Shown: positions 28,326 to 39,728 of the stretch, one piece after another
How positions within the stretch are numbered: the stretch's first letter is position 1
Layout of the letters: every line of letters starts with the position of its first letter
Origin: a virus
Taxonomy: Duplodnaviria; Caudoviricetes
IMG/VR virus record: IMGVR_UViG_3300037400_003376
Coordinates: 130 to 64,129 of that record
Direction: 5' to 3' (one strand)
Length of the DNA stretch: 64,000 bases
Made by a program: the position numbers and the translations under genes
The notes under the pieces: model-generated
The model's input: only the letters and a program-made list of their open reading frames with translations
Databases searched by the model: none
What the model was told of the DNA's origin: nothing

Positions 28326-31300
28326 ATGGAGTTTATAAGCAAAAATAATTCATTAGAAACGGCAAAAAACAGGCTAGACATTAGTGGCTTAACTTATATA
28401 CAAGGCACTCAATATGTTTATGACAGAATTTTGAACAAAGAAACCAATGACAAAATAATTAAATACCTCCCTCTTATAGAATCTGAAAATGGTTACATAT
28501 TAAGATATAAAAATTTAATTAGACAATATTATTGGTTAGTTAATGAGTTTATACCTAGTTGTTCATACGAGAAACTATGTATCCGAAAAGGTAAAAAAAC
28601 GTGGATTCAATATGACAATCCAATTGACGCATTAAGAAAATATTTCACGTTTAGTTTTTATAATAACGATAATTTAATCATATCAATAAGCGTTGCAAGT
28701 GGAAATACGGCAACGCCATTTACCCCAAGTAAAGACGGATATAATTTTATTGGGTGGACAACTTCTGATGGTGGTAATACTTTTTTTGATTTCAACACTC
28801 CAATTTCAGAAGATACAAACGTTTATGCTAAGTATGCAATCAAAGAAGTTGAAATACGTTTCGTACTTAATAATGGTCAGCCAGATGTTGTTATCTTTGT
28901 AAATTATGGAAGTACACCATCTATACAAGAACCAGAAAAAGAAGGATACACATTTAACGGATGGTATCCAGAAATAAGTGAGGCTACCGTAAATGCAACA
29001 TATGAAGCAACATATACTCAGGATATTTATATAGTCCGATTCTTTGATATCATCGATTCCGAACACGTTCTAAATGACTACGGTAATCAGCCAATCAATA
29101 GTGGCTCTACATCTGAATATAGATTGGTTAGAACAGAAACAAGTGCATTACATGGCCAATCGTCTTATTATCTTACACAACCGACATACCAACATTTTGA
29201 ATGTATAGAAGAAAGTGGATATACCTGGTGGATTGATAGAGAAGGCAATCCTATTTCAGCATCGACATTTTTGGATATAACACATGATATTCTCGAAGTT
29301 TACCCTAAATTAACGAAGAAAAATTACAATGTATTATTTCTGGACTGGGACAATAGCATGATTTCACAACAAACTGTGACGTATCTTGATGATGCAACTG
29401 CACCAAATAACCCTTCAAGGCCAAATTACACATTTATTGGGTGGGATAGATCATATACAGGGATTGCAAATGATACTATAATTCATGCAAGATACATAGG
29501 TGATACTCTAAATGTAATTTATATGCTTCCAGATATGCTCGATGTTTTTACTATATATTCTAGTGTCACAACAACATTTAATTCAACGGCACCAATAGTG
29601 GAAAATCCAAGCACAGGAAGTTATCCACCAGAAGATTATGGTGTTTTTGACGGATGGTATACTGATGATCAATATACAAGCCAATTTGATTATACGAGTC
29701 TACTGCACAGTGATACTGTAATATATGGAAAATGGAAAACGGAATTTAGTGTAACGTTCTATAACTGGGATGGGACACTTATTACTGGTGACACACAAAC
29801 TGGATTTGCTAACCCAGTATACGTTGGTTATGGAGGTGATGTGACGGATGCAGAATTAGACTTAATCATTGAAAATATGACAGATAAGCCAGGGTATGAA
29901 TTCTTGGGATGGAGTATGCCTACTACTGGAATTACAAGTGACACAAGAGTTACTGCTGTATTCGATGAAACGCAAATGTGCCTTGTTAGATTCATTAACG
30001 ATTTTGATGGAAGTATTATATCATCCGTAACTGTGCCATTTGGTTCAACAATATTAGTTTCAGACTATCCGCAAGCACCAGAAGTTGAAAATATGGTATT
30101 TAATAGATGGGATGGGTATACATCAGAGGTATTTTCAGATACAGACGTATACGCCATATACGTATACACAAATATAACAGTATCTTTTATTGATTATTAT
30201 AAAAACGAATTAGGCAGTGAGACTGTTGCTTATGGACAAACTGGACAGACTCCTAATTACATCGTAGAAGATGCAACTGCCAGGGGATATAACGGTAATG
30301 AAGATTATGTTATATCAACATTGCGTTTCAATGGGACTTATTGCTTAGTTAGAGATGAATTTGATCCAGAAACTGGATGTTCAACACCAGAAGAGACCAT
30401 AATAACAGAAAAAAACAACACATTTATGGCTCAATATGACGAAATTGCCACATCCGTCACTACATGTAATGTTGCCTTCTATAACTATGAGTCGATATAT
30501 TTGTTTACAGACACAGTAATGTATGGTACTGTAATTGATGGAGACTATAGTTCAGAAGTAGTATCAATAATGGAGGCATCTGGATATACACCTGATCCAA
30601 ATATCTATGAATTTTATGGATGGGAAGATGGAAGCGGAAATGAATATATCATAGGCCAAAATAACCCAACAATAACTGGTGATATAAGCCTATATGCTAA
30701 ATATAGGTTAATTACTTACAATGTTCAATTCTTTGTTCAGAGCAATCCAGAATACTATCCAGACCTAATAGATTTACCTATACATTCATTAGAGACAATT
30801 GCCATTAAAAATACTGGCATTAATAGACCAGATTGCAGTAATGTACCAGAGAGAATATACTTCGAAACATTCTGCGAAGGATTAAATAATAGATGGTATA
30901 CAAATCCTAGTTGCACTATAGAATGGGTGTTTAAACAAGATGTACAAATGCAACCAGTTGCAAATCCAGATTTAGTTACCGACAATATGATATTATATGG
31001 CAAATATGTTGGTAGAGAATATACATTAACCTATGATACAAATAGTGGAAGTTCTATACCTCAAGAAACATATAGATATCCAGTACCAACTGTTAGACCA
31101 GCGGATCCAACAAAAGGAGATGGAACATTTATTGGCTGGTATACTGATAACGAAACATTTGAAAATGAGTTCGTATTTGGTCAGACATTAAAATCTAACA
31201 CAACTATTTATGCCAAATGGTTCGAAGCACCAGAAGAAAATACACTTATTTACAATGCAACAGCCGACCTAAAAGCATATATGCCAGATATGGGGTCTGC

Positions 31301-34202
31301 GCACTTGTTACAAGAACATTGTGTATGGGATATATTAACTGGCGATGGTATATTGGTATATGACGCACCTATTGAAACGCTTAATATTGGTACATTAAAT
31401 CAAGATAATAGTGTTACGGTTAATACTGAAATAAAGAGAAATTTAAGAAAAATTACAATACCAAGCAAAACAGAAAATGTTGTTATTGGCCAATTCGAAG
31501 ATTGTAGGTATTTAAATACTATAAATGTAACACAACAAACACATGAATCATATCATTATTATTCCAACAATGGCATATTATGGCGTGATTTGGGCGGCAA
31601 TAGTAGATTAGAATGCTATCCACAGGCAAAAGTAGGTAATTCTTTCATTTTGGAAGATTTCAATTCTGGAGAATTTATCATTGTTGGCGAACAGTGTTTC
31701 GCAAACTGTAAAAACTTAAAATATATTAGATTAAACAATCTTGTTATGTCATTAGAAAGTAAGGCATTTAAAAATTGTACAAATTTAGAAGAAATTACAT
31801 GTAGTTATGAGCCTTATTCTTATGTAACAAGTGATACATTTGACGGGGTAGATGTCGAGAATTGTAAATTATATGTTCCTTGCAGATCATATAATGATTA
31901 TATTAATAATCAGATATGGAGTCAATTTGATATACAATGTTTCGGAAGTATATTATATTTAGATAATAACACAGATTTAGTTATTGAAGATAATATTTTA
32001 ACCGAAGATGGAATTAATGTTATTTTAACACAACACAATGTTAATAGGAGTAATGTTATTGGTGCCGAGATTGGACTAAACGTCACAAGTATTGATGACT
32101 CTGCATTTTCTGGGTGCACAAATTTAACCTCTATTACATTACAAGATAGTGTTACTAATATAGGTGATGATGCTTTTTCAAATTGTCACAGTTTAGGAAA
32201 TGTTGTTATAGCAGATAGTGTTACAGAGATAGGTAAGAAAGCCTTTTATAATTGTAGTTCGTTGTCTTCGTTGACGATAGGTAGTGGTGTAACAGTTATT
32301 AATAATCAGGCATTCCAATATACTTCATTGGAGTATCTATTTATACCATATACTGTTTCACAAATAGGTTGCCATGCATTTTCTGATTGCACAGGACTAA
32401 CTTCAATAGAGACGGACAGAATTACTCCAGCAATTATATGTAATAATAGTTTCGATAATACGAATAATTGTCCAATATATGTTCCTTGTAGTGCAATAAC
32501 AGATTATACATCGGACTCACAATGGAGTACGTATGAGGATAGATTTGATTGTCGAAGTTATGTTAAATTTACATCACTAAGTGGTGATAGTACTATCAGA
32601 TTATCAAAAATAAGTACAAATCAAACATTTGAATATAGTTTCGACCAATACACTTGGTCCGCTAGCACAACGGCAAATACAGGTACAATTACATTAAGTG
32701 AAGGAGATGAGGTTTATTTTAGAGGAATATTAAGAGGCGATAATTCTTCAAGCAATTATAGCCAATTTTCTATAGGTGGAAAAGTATCTGTATCTGGAAA
32801 TATTAATAACCTATGGAATTATAATAACTTAGAACAACCATTATATAAGTATTGTGGCGCTAATTTATTTAGAGTTTGTTATGGCCTGATTGAAGCCAGG
32901 GAACTAGTATTAGGGACATCAGCGACTACGTTAGCAGATGGTTGCTATGGAGCGATGTTTTATAATTGCCAGTATTTGATTAGTGGACCAGAATTGCCAG
33001 CAATCAATTTAGTAACTAGATGTTATTCAATGATGTTTTATAAATGCGAAAGAATAGAATATATAAAATGTTTAGCAGAAAGTGGTATTGATACGGATAA
33101 CAGTACAACTAAATGGATAAGTGGAACAACAGATAGTGGTGTATATTTTGAAATGAAGAGCAGTGTCGCATGGCCTTCTGGTTACAATGGAATAAATCCT
33201 ACGTGGACAAAAGTTAGAACTGATTTTACAACAGATACACAATTATCACCAGTAAATTATTTAACTTTCACCGCGCGAGAGGATTCATTTATAGGGTTTA
33301 AGAATATAAGTACAAATCAGACAGTATATTTAAGTCAAAATCTTACTGATTGGGTTACTTTTACTAATTCTGAATCCAAGACTTGTTTCCACATAAACAG
33401 TGGAGAAACTATTTATTTATGTGGTAGGCTTTCTGGGGCAAATAGTAATAGCGATTATACAAATTTCATTGTTGAGAAAATTCCAGGGTATATAAACGTT
33501 GTGAACGAAGGTGTAAAAATTGACGGAAATATTAATTCGTTGTGGAATTATCAAAATTTATCACTTTATGCGTATTGTGGTTATGAATTATTTCGTAGTT
33601 GTCATGGCCTAATTGATATAAGCGGTTTAATATTTCCTACCGCAAATAAAGAAGCTTGTTACTTATATGCATTCCAATATTGTTCAAATTTAAGATATGT
33701 GCCAATATTACCAGCAACTAGTCTTGGTGCGATGTGTTATCAACATATGTTTAGTTATTGTACATCATTAACAACAATTCCGTCTAACATGTTACCAGCG
33801 ACAACTATAAATGGGGGCTGTTATGCTTTTATGTTCAATGGTTGTAGTAAATTAACCAACACGCCTACGATATTGCCAGCCACCGCTTTAACCCAATCTT
33901 GTTATGCCTCAATGTTTAGTAATTGTTCATTAATAACAACAGCACCAGAATTACCAGCAACTGGACTAACAACTTTCTGTTACCTTAGTATGTTCTATGG
34001 TTGTTCTAACTTGAACTATATAAAATGCCTTGCAGTTAGCGGAATAAGTGAGAGTGATAGTACAACTAATTGGGTATCTGGTGTCCCAACTGGGCAAGCA
34101 GCACAGGAGAAGGGCTGTACGTTTATTCAACACCCAGATGCTGATTGGGGCAGTCCTGGAGTTAGTTCAATACCTGACGGATGGGCCGTATCAAGTGCAT
34201 AA
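28326..34202 (+). CDS. Giant adhesin-like virion protein (1958 aa): about 11 InlB B-repeat/Flg_new-like domains, BspA LRRs and two C-terminal LRR modules
   Basis: Repeated P..P.K.GYTF.GW....YA.Y units at 28640-31230; IGDDAFSNC-type LRRs; LPATxL..CY..MF..C..L repeats. Confidence 0.85.
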   Translation: MEFISKNNSLETAKNRLDISGLTYIQGTQYVYDRILNKETNDKIIKYLPLIESENGYILRYKNLIRQYYWLVNEFIPSCSYEKLCIRKGKKTWIQYDNPIDALRKYFTFSFYNNDNLIISISVASGNTATPFTPSKDGYNFIGWTTSDGGNTFFDFNTPISEDTNVYAKYAIKEVEIRFVLNNGQPDVVIFVNYGSTPSIQEPEKEGYTFNGWYPEISEATVNATYEATYTQDIYIVRFFDIIDSEHVLNDYGNQPINSGSTSEYRLVRTETSALHGQSSYYLTQPTYQHFECIEESGYTWWIDREGNPISASTFLDITHDILEVYPKLTKKNYNVLFLDWDNSMISQQTVTYLDDATAPNNPSRPNYTFIGWDRSYTGIANDTIIHARYIGDTLNVIYMLPDMLDVFTIYSSVTTTFNSTAPIVENPSTGSYPPEDYGVFDGWYTDDQYTSQFDYTSLLHSDTVIYGKWKTEFSVTFYNWDGTLITGDTQTGFANPVYVGYGGDVTDAELDLIIENMTDKPGYEFLGWSMPTTGITSDTRVTAVFDETQMCLVRFINDFDGSIISSVTVPFGSTILVSDYPQAPEVENMVFNRWDGYTSEVFSDTDVYAIYVYTNITVSFIDYYKNELGSETVAYGQTGQTPNYIVEDATARGYNGNEDYVISTLRFNGTYCLVRDEFDPETGCSTPEETIITEKNNTFMAQYDEIATSVTTCNVAFYNYESIYLFTDTVMYGTVIDGDYSSEVVSIMEASGYTPDPNIYEFYGWEDGSGNEYIIGQNNPTITGDISLYAKYRLITYNVQFFVQSNPEYYPDLIDLPIHSLETIAIKNTGINRPDCSNVPERIYFETFCEGLNNRWYTNPSCTIEWVFKQDVQMQPVANPDLVTDNMILYGKYVGREYTLTYDTNSGSSIPQETYRYPVPTVRPADPTKGDGTFIGWYTDNETFENEFVFGQTLKSNTTIYAKWFEAPEENTLIYNATADLKAYMPDMGSAHLLQEHCVWDILTGDGILVYDAPIETLNIGTLNQDNSVTVNTEIKRNLRKITIPSKTENVVIGQFEDCRYLNTINVTQQTHESYHYYSNNGILWRDLGGNSRLECYPQAKVGNSFILEDFNSGEFIIVGEQCFANCKNLKYIRLNNLVMSLESKAFKNCTNLEEITCSYEPYSYVTSDTFDGVDVENCKLYVPCRSYNDYINNQIWSQFDIQCFGSILYLDNNTDLVIEDNILTEDGINVILTQHNVNRSNVIGAEIGLNVTSIDDSAFSGCTNLTSITLQDSVTNIGDDAFSNCHSLGNVVIADSVTEIGKKAFYNCSSLSSLTIGSGVTVINNQAFQYTSLEYLFIPYTVSQIGCHAFSDCTGLTSIETDRITPAIICNNSFDNTNNCPIYVPCSAITDYTSDSQWSTYEDRFDCRSYVKFTSLSGDSTIRLSKISTNQTFEYSFDQYTWSASTTANTGTITLSEGDEVYFRGILRGDNSSSNYSQFSIGGKVSVSGNINNLWNYNNLEQPLYKYCGANLFRVCYGLIEARELVLGTSATTLADGCYGAMFYNCQYLISGPELPAINLVTRCYSMMFYKCERIEYIKCLAESGIDTDNSTTKWISGTTDSGVYFEMKSSVAWPSGYNGINPTWTKVRTDFTTDTQLSPVNYLTFTAREDSFIGFKNISTNQTVYLSQNLTDWVTFTNSESKTCFHINSGETIYLCGRLSGANSNSDYTNFIVEKIPGYINVVNEGVKIDGNINSLWNYQNLSLYAYCGYELFRSCHGLIDISGLIFPTANKEACYLYAFQYCSNLRYVPILPATSLGAMCYQHMFSYCTSLTTIPSNMLPATTINGGCYAFMFNGCSKLTNTPTILPATALTQSCYASMFSNCSLITTAPELPATGLTTFCYLSMFYGCSNLNYIKCLAVSGISESDSTTNWVSGVPTGQAAQEKGCTFIQHPDADWGSPGVSSIPDGWAVSSA

Positions 34203-34234
34203 TATTAATTAAAAAAACTAAATAGGGAATAAGT

Positions 34235-35731
34235 ATGTTATATAATAAAGACATAAATAATCCATTTCTATTTGATGAGATAACGGATAATAACATCGGT
34301 GTTAGTTTTGATGAAGAGTCAGCCAACACTGGTGATGTTGTTTGTATTACTTCTTTATATGAAGAGTTAATCAGAAGGTTTGGTTCTTATGAGAATGCAA
34401 AATTTATTTACGAATTTGCGAATAGTGCTATTATCGATGGAAAATATACAAAGAACTATCCTATTCAATCAACTCCATATCTTGATTTCACTATATATTT
34501 AGAACAAACGATAATAGACGAAGGCCTTTTATCTCCATACGCTACTAAATGGGTTCCAGGGGAAAAATATTATGTCGGTGATACTGTTTACTATTCAATT
34601 GACGGATCAGACGAGCACATAAAGACATATATTTTAAAAAAGGGAGATCAAACGGAGACATTTGAAATACCATTTTCGGTATATGAAGCAAATTCTGGTG
34701 ATTCTAACTATTTTGAATCTAATGGCAAGTATTATAGGAAAACGGCTTGTTATAGGGGTTATTATAGCAAAAAAACAAAATTGACTTATTTTGATACGTT
34801 AAATAATGATGGGACGTTAAGATTAGAACATTGGAAGGAGGACATTACAAATAATATTAGTCCAGATATACAACACGAAGGGATAATCGGAAAAACAGCA
34901 TCATTATTGGAGAATATTATGAGAAAAAGAACCGATATGGATGCTTCTGGTACTACATTACCATTTATATTACATTATGACAATATAATTGAAGGTGGTG
35001 TAATTATTGGTAGAGAATTAAATACTGGAGTAACTGAAACTTTCTATATGTGTGGGAATATGAATGTAAACTATCATTTTGACAGTGGAAAAGTTGTATC
35101 AGATGTATTAGATAGCGTTACGTTCTATAAGTCGGACAGTGCGCCAGAAATGGGGGTTTCTTTTACTGAAATTGATAAGCCGATTATAATAACATCAAAT
35201 AAAGAAGCCTATACGAATGAGAATAATATAACTTCAATTGCTGGATGTGATATGATTCAATTTGTATATTATTCAAATGCAACATTAGTAAAAAGATTAA
35301 ATACCTGGGTCAGAAAAGAAAAAACTGGCGTTAAGTATGTTGAGACAAGGCCAATAGTTATACAAACAAGTGATTTTGATATAGAGGTTAAACATAGTGG
35401 GACTACTACGCTTACATTAACGTATATTGATGTTAATTCAAATGCGCAAAATGAAATTGATTATAGCAATGCTGATATTATTAATTCTTTAAAAACTGAT
35501 ACAAATTATTCGAACGTGTCAGTAGACAAAAGCCAATTGGGCGATGACTATTTTTTAAATACAAAAGTATTCAAAGATGAATCTACCATGGCACTACAAG
35601 ACATAACAGTCGATTTAGATGTAAACATAGAGCGAGGAATAGCCGAATCATTCCAAAAGCATAACATGCTTGGTGAAATATGCACGTTACAAGATTTGGA
35701 AAACTACAAAAATGGGAAATATTTAGAGTAA
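34235..35731 (+). CDS. Structural protein (498 aa)
   Basis: Operon context; W.PG.KYYVGD.VYY motif. Confidence 0.65.
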   Translation: MLYNKDINNPFLFDEITDNNIGVSFDEESANTGDVVCITSLYEELIRRFGSYENAKFIYEFANSAIIDGKYTKNYPIQSTPYLDFTIYLEQTIIDEGLLSPYATKWVPGEKYYVGDTVYYSIDGSDEHIKTYILKKGDQTETFEIPFSVYEANSGDSNYFESNGKYYRKTACYRGYYSKKTKLTYFDTLNNDGTLRLEHWKEDITNNISPDIQHEGIIGKTASLLENIMRKRTDMDASGTTLPFILHYDNIIEGGVIIGRELNTGVTETFYMCGNMNVNYHFDSGKVVSDVLDSVTFYKSDSAPEMGVSFTEIDKPIIITSNKEAYTNENNITSIAGCDMIQFVYYSNATLVKRLNTWVRKEKTGVKYVETRPIVIQTSDFDIEVKHSGTTTLTLTYIDVNSNAQNEIDYSNADIINSLKTDTNYSNVSVDKSQLGDDYFLNTKVFKDESTMALQDITVDLDVNIERGIAESFQKHNMLGEICTLQDLENYKNGKYLE

Positions 35732-35772
35732 AAATAACTATTAAAAAGTATTTATTATAAAATAGGCAATAT

Positions 35773-36687
35773 ATGGCAAATAATGGAACATATGGTACAA
35801 AAAGACCTGCATTAATTAATAATTCAGATGTTGATATATTCTATAGTTATAGACCGAATAGAAATACAGATGCACCTGGGTTTTCATCATTTATTAAACT
35901 AAGTAGCGATATACTTTCTAGTGTTGATGCATCCGATAACACTGGTAATAATTTAGGAGTACTACCAGGGGTTTATAATTTAAGATTACCATTAACACAA
36001 TTTAGTGATCCTGGCATATACACAATCTATATCAGGCCAAAGGAAATTGATACAACAATATTGGATGTTAGTTATCTTGCCGCATATCCAGATGTTCGTG
36101 GAATTATTTTAAACACAAGTAATATTAATGTGGAAGATAGTACAATTTTTAATAATGGAGAATTAGTGGGTTATAGGATTGAATTTCTTGATAATTCTGG
36201 TGTAAGAACTGGTGAATACAGATTGATTACTTCGAGTAATAGATGTGAACCTGTTGCGCAGAACTTAAATGACTCCGTACAGAATAGTATTCGTTATAGT
36301 TTTAACGATTCTAGCAATTTATTATTCTGCACCGTTACTCCATGTACAGCGATGTCATTTAAGAGTAGTGGCAATCCATATATTGGAGAAAATGGGCAAA
36401 GAATTAAGATAATAAACACAAAATTTAACCCAATAATGATGGAGGTTGAATTGGTTGAGCATGATGCTGAAACTATTTCAACTATGTTAGAGGGTGACCA
36501 AATTAGAAATCTCGATGCTGGACTTATTACTACATTTAATAAGGATGGTGAAATTTATCATCAAGCAACTTACGGGCATATGGTTAATAAAGCAACTGGT
36601 CTTAACGCCGATTACAAATTTAATCATAAAGATGATATTTACACAACAGAATCTGATAAAATGAAAGAAATCATAGATAATATATAA
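35773..36687 (+). CDS. Structural protein (304 aa)
   Basis: Operon context; preceded by TATTTATT at 35749. Confidence 0.7.
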   Translation: MANNGTYGTKRPALINNSDVDIFYSYRPNRNTDAPGFSSFIKLSSDILSSVDASDNTGNNLGVLPGVYNLRLPLTQFSDPGIYTIYIRPKEIDTTILDVSYLAAYPDVRGIILNTSNINVEDSTIFNNGELVGYRIEFLDNSGVRTGEYRLITSSNRCEPVAQNLNDSVQNSIRYSFNDSSNLLFCTVTPCTAMSFKSSGNPYIGENGQRIKIINTKFNPIMMEVELVEHDAETISTMLEGDQIRNLDAGLITTFNKDGEIYHQATYGHMVNKATGLNADYKFNHKDDIYTTESDKMKEIIDNI

Positions 36688-36693
36688 TAACTT

Positions 36694-39600
36694 ATGGCTG
36701 AGAACAGATATATAGTAACACATAGTAATTACACAATTAAGAGGAAGCATAAATTGCTTTCTGGGCATACTATATATGAAAGGGATTATATGACTACTAC
36801 AAATCTTGGCGGGTTTGATAGTGGTTCAATTCCTTATGGTGAAGGTAACTTTAAAATTGTTACTAATGAAGGTAAAAACTTAAAGAGGAAACATAAATAT
36901 GGTGATTGGTTAAAAAATGAGAATTGTGAACCAGACAGTGGAAATACTTGTGAGGTATTCTCACTAAGCAATATGCCAGAAATTTCCACCGAAATTACGA
37001 GTGAAACAAAGATAGAAATTAAACCAAACAAAAACAATTTCTTGGATTTTGTTTATTATGGAAGTTGTGAGGAAATGGTAAAATCCTCAATAGATGAAAT
37101 AATTATTAAATTTCCAGCTGAATTATATATAACTGGGGATAACTATGAATATTTAGACAACGCTGGTATAGCCAAAATTTTGGGTGGCGATAATATGGTT
37201 GTAATTGACAATCCGTTTGATATTGACATATCTTCAAATTCGGTCCCTCAAGACATTAAAAACAGTCCGACATATAATCCGTTTAGATATTTTAGTGAAA
37301 CTGTTTCAAAATATAGAGTTATAACTGATGAAGGATTCGAATTTTGTATTGACATATGGGATGTCAGCCTGCGAAATAAGCGTTGTTTCAAGGATGGCGA
37401 TATAACAGCAGTCATTACATTAAATCCAGATACAGATCATGAAATGATTATAAAAAGATACTATAAAAATGATACTTTCATTTTATTAACTGACAAAAAA
37501 CATGCTGGATGGAGAATACGCCCTACGGAAGGTGCAATAATTAACTTCTTTAACGGGTTAGATGATTTTGAGAGATTCTTATTAGAGAGGGAAAGCAATC
37601 CTATTTATTCAATAGAAGTCGACACTCCAAAGGAAAACGATAGGGGTGTAGAAATATCAAGAGATAAATATACATGGCCAACAAGTCATGGATATAATTT
37701 AGATATATCATCTGGCGCGTTTACGCGTTATTATGAATCTTTGTTAGATTTATCCGAATGGTACGACCAATATCGAGCCAATAACTTGTGGAGAAATATG
37801 ACTCACGACTCTATCAAAAACATGGATAGAACACATACCGATACATCGAGAGATGAAGATAATAAGGATTATAAGATAGGAACCACTAGAATACACGAAG
37901 CGTTAAATGTACTTGGCCGTTTCTTTGATGATATAAAAAGAAGTATAGATAATATCAAAACTACAAATACCATAACATACAATGAAAATAATAATACACC
38001 AGACTATTTCTTAAGCGATTCACTTCAATTGTCTGGTTGGGAAGTTAAGAGTGTAGTAGAAACACTGGATAAGAATGTAGTTACAGATATACTATATAGT
38101 GGCAGTAATAAGAAATATGATGTAAATGACGCAAATCTTCAATTTTTCAGAAATCTTAAACTAAATAGTAATGGACTATTTTCCAGAAAGGGGACAATAG
38201 AAGGAATTGAAATGTTATTATCATTATTTGGCCTTTGTTCCTATGATTGGGCGAGAAAATATTATAACAGTCTATCCGACAGTTTAAAAAAGAAGAGAGG
38301 CAGAAGAACACTATTGTGGGATGATCTTGACGAGGAAACAAAAATAAAATTATATGATTATTCATTGGATGAGTATTTAACGACTATAAAAAACACCCAA
38401 GAAGATGTTATAGATAGTGAATTACAATTACCAGTTGAGAAATATAATTTTTATAGGCAAAATTTTGGAACTCCAGATGACGGAAATGAATTGCATGGAT
38501 TACCGATAAGAATAGTGACAGTTGCTATCTCTCTTAATGACGGAACAATTGAACATAAGAAATATATGATTCCATGGTTCGATAAAAAAGAAACATTAGA
38601 CGGGGAACCATATTTTCAAATGTATGGAGGATGGGGAAAAGCATTAGATAAAGATATAACCCCAAATAAGGAATTATATCCAAATATAGATAGAATTAAC
38701 AGCATACCTGGCTTTACTATTTATGATGAGACAAAAAAATATCTTAAAATAGTAAATAGAATCGATGATTTAAGAGCATTAGAATTAGACGACGTACTTG
38801 ACAATGATATATTTTATGTAAATGATTTAACAGATTTTAACACTTATTATCCAAGTGAGGATATCAATGAAGCAACAAATTATTTTACAATTGCAGATCA
38901 CAACAATTTAGATATATACGGAAGTACAAGTTCTGCCACTGGATGGGTTAATATTGGTAAAACAGAAATGGCTTGCGAGACATGTGAACGGGATCTTTCA
39001 GCAGCAACGATACCTTATAAGGTTATGTATCTGGAATCAATTGTAGAATTGAACGCTGGGAACAATCCTCACGTTGGATATGGGAAATATGACGATGGAG
39101 AAGAATATTTAAATTATTTTAGACAAGTGTTTAGAGGTGCTATTGAAAGTGAAGGATTTACGGATGATGCATATGATTGTAATACAGGTGAATTGGTAAC
39201 TGGTATAACAAAATGCGGATTTAACGTACAACCACAAGTAGTTGATAATGTAAAAGTTTGGTTCTTTACCGATAATACAAAGAAAAACATATACCAATTA
39301 AGACAAATTACTGCGGAGGTATATGATAAGGACGATCCAGATATGAACACTTATGAAATACCATCTGGATACAAAGAGTCAAACACACAAGATAAGGTAA
39401 ATGTAGGTAAAACGGCATATACGAACGGGGAAGTCGGATTTAAATCGGATTTACAAGCATTTAATCTTGAAACTCAAGAAGAAAATAGTAATGACGAAGC
39501 ATCTGCAAACTCAATTATTAATACTAAAAAATTAGTCCTTAAATTTAATGATAAACTTGCCTTAAAAAATGGATTTAGAGAATATTTGTATGCTGTAATA

Positions 39601-39717
39601 TTACCGTACATTAAACAACTAATTCCATCAACAACTATATTTGAAGTAGTATTGAATAGTCAGGAAGTTGACTTTACATGTTTTAACATATCAGAAATAA
39701 TAGGAGTATCAAAATAA
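36694..39717 (+). CDS. Baseplate wedge-like protein (gp7 / P2 tail protein I-like signature)
   Basis: LFSRKGTIEGIEMLLSLFG and a C-terminal IKQLIPSTT, resembling gp7/gpI wedge proteins; precedes the fibre gene. Confidence 0.55.
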   Translation: MAENRYIVTHSNYTIKRKHKLLSGHTIYERDYMTTTNLGGFDSGSIPYGEGNFKIVTNEGKNLKRKHKYGDWLKNENCEPDSGNTCEVFSLSNMPEISTEITSETKIEIKPNKNNFLDFVYYGSCEEMVKSSIDEIIIKFPAELYITGDNYEYLDNAGIAKILGGDNMVVIDNPFDIDISSNSVPQDIKNSPTYNPFRYFSETVSKYRVITDEGFEFCIDIWDVSLRNKRCFKDGDITAVITLNPDTDHEMIIKRYYKNDTFILLTDKKHAGWRIRPTEGAIINFFNGLDDFERFLLERESNPIYSIEVDTPKENDRGVEISRDKYTWPTSHGYNLDISSGAFTRYYESLLDLSEWYDQYRANNLWRNMTHDSIKNMDRTHTDTSRDEDNKDYKIGTTRIHEALNVLGRFFDDIKRSIDNIKTTNTITYNENNNTPDYFLSDSLQLSGWEVKSVVETLDKNVVTDILYSGSNKKYDVNDANLQFFRNLKLNSNGLFSRKGTIEGIEMLLSLFGLCSYDWARKYYNSLSDSLKKKRGRRTLLWDDLDEETKIKLYDYSLDEYLTTIKNTQEDVIDSELQLPVEKYNFYRQNFGTPDDGNELHGLPIRIVTVAISLNDGTIEHKKYMIPWFDKKETLDGEPYFQMYGGWGKALDKDITPNKELYPNIDRINSIPGFTIYDETKKYLKIVNRIDDLRALELDDVLDNDIFYVNDLTDFNTYYPSEDINEATNYFTIADHNNLDIYGSTSSATGWVNIGKTEMACETCERDLSAATIPYKVMYLESIVELNAGNNPHVGYGKYDDGEEYLNYFRQVFRGAIESEGFTDDAYDCNTGELVTGITKCGFNVQPQVVDNVKVWFFTDNTKKNIYQLRQITAEVYDKDDPDMNTYEIPSGYKESNTQDKVNVGKTAYTNGEVGFKSDLQAFNLETQEENSNDEASANSIINTKKLVLKFNDKLALKNGFREYLYAVILPYIKQLIPSTTIFEVVLNSQEVDFTCFNISEIIGVSK

Positions 39718-39728
39718 AATAAAAACAA

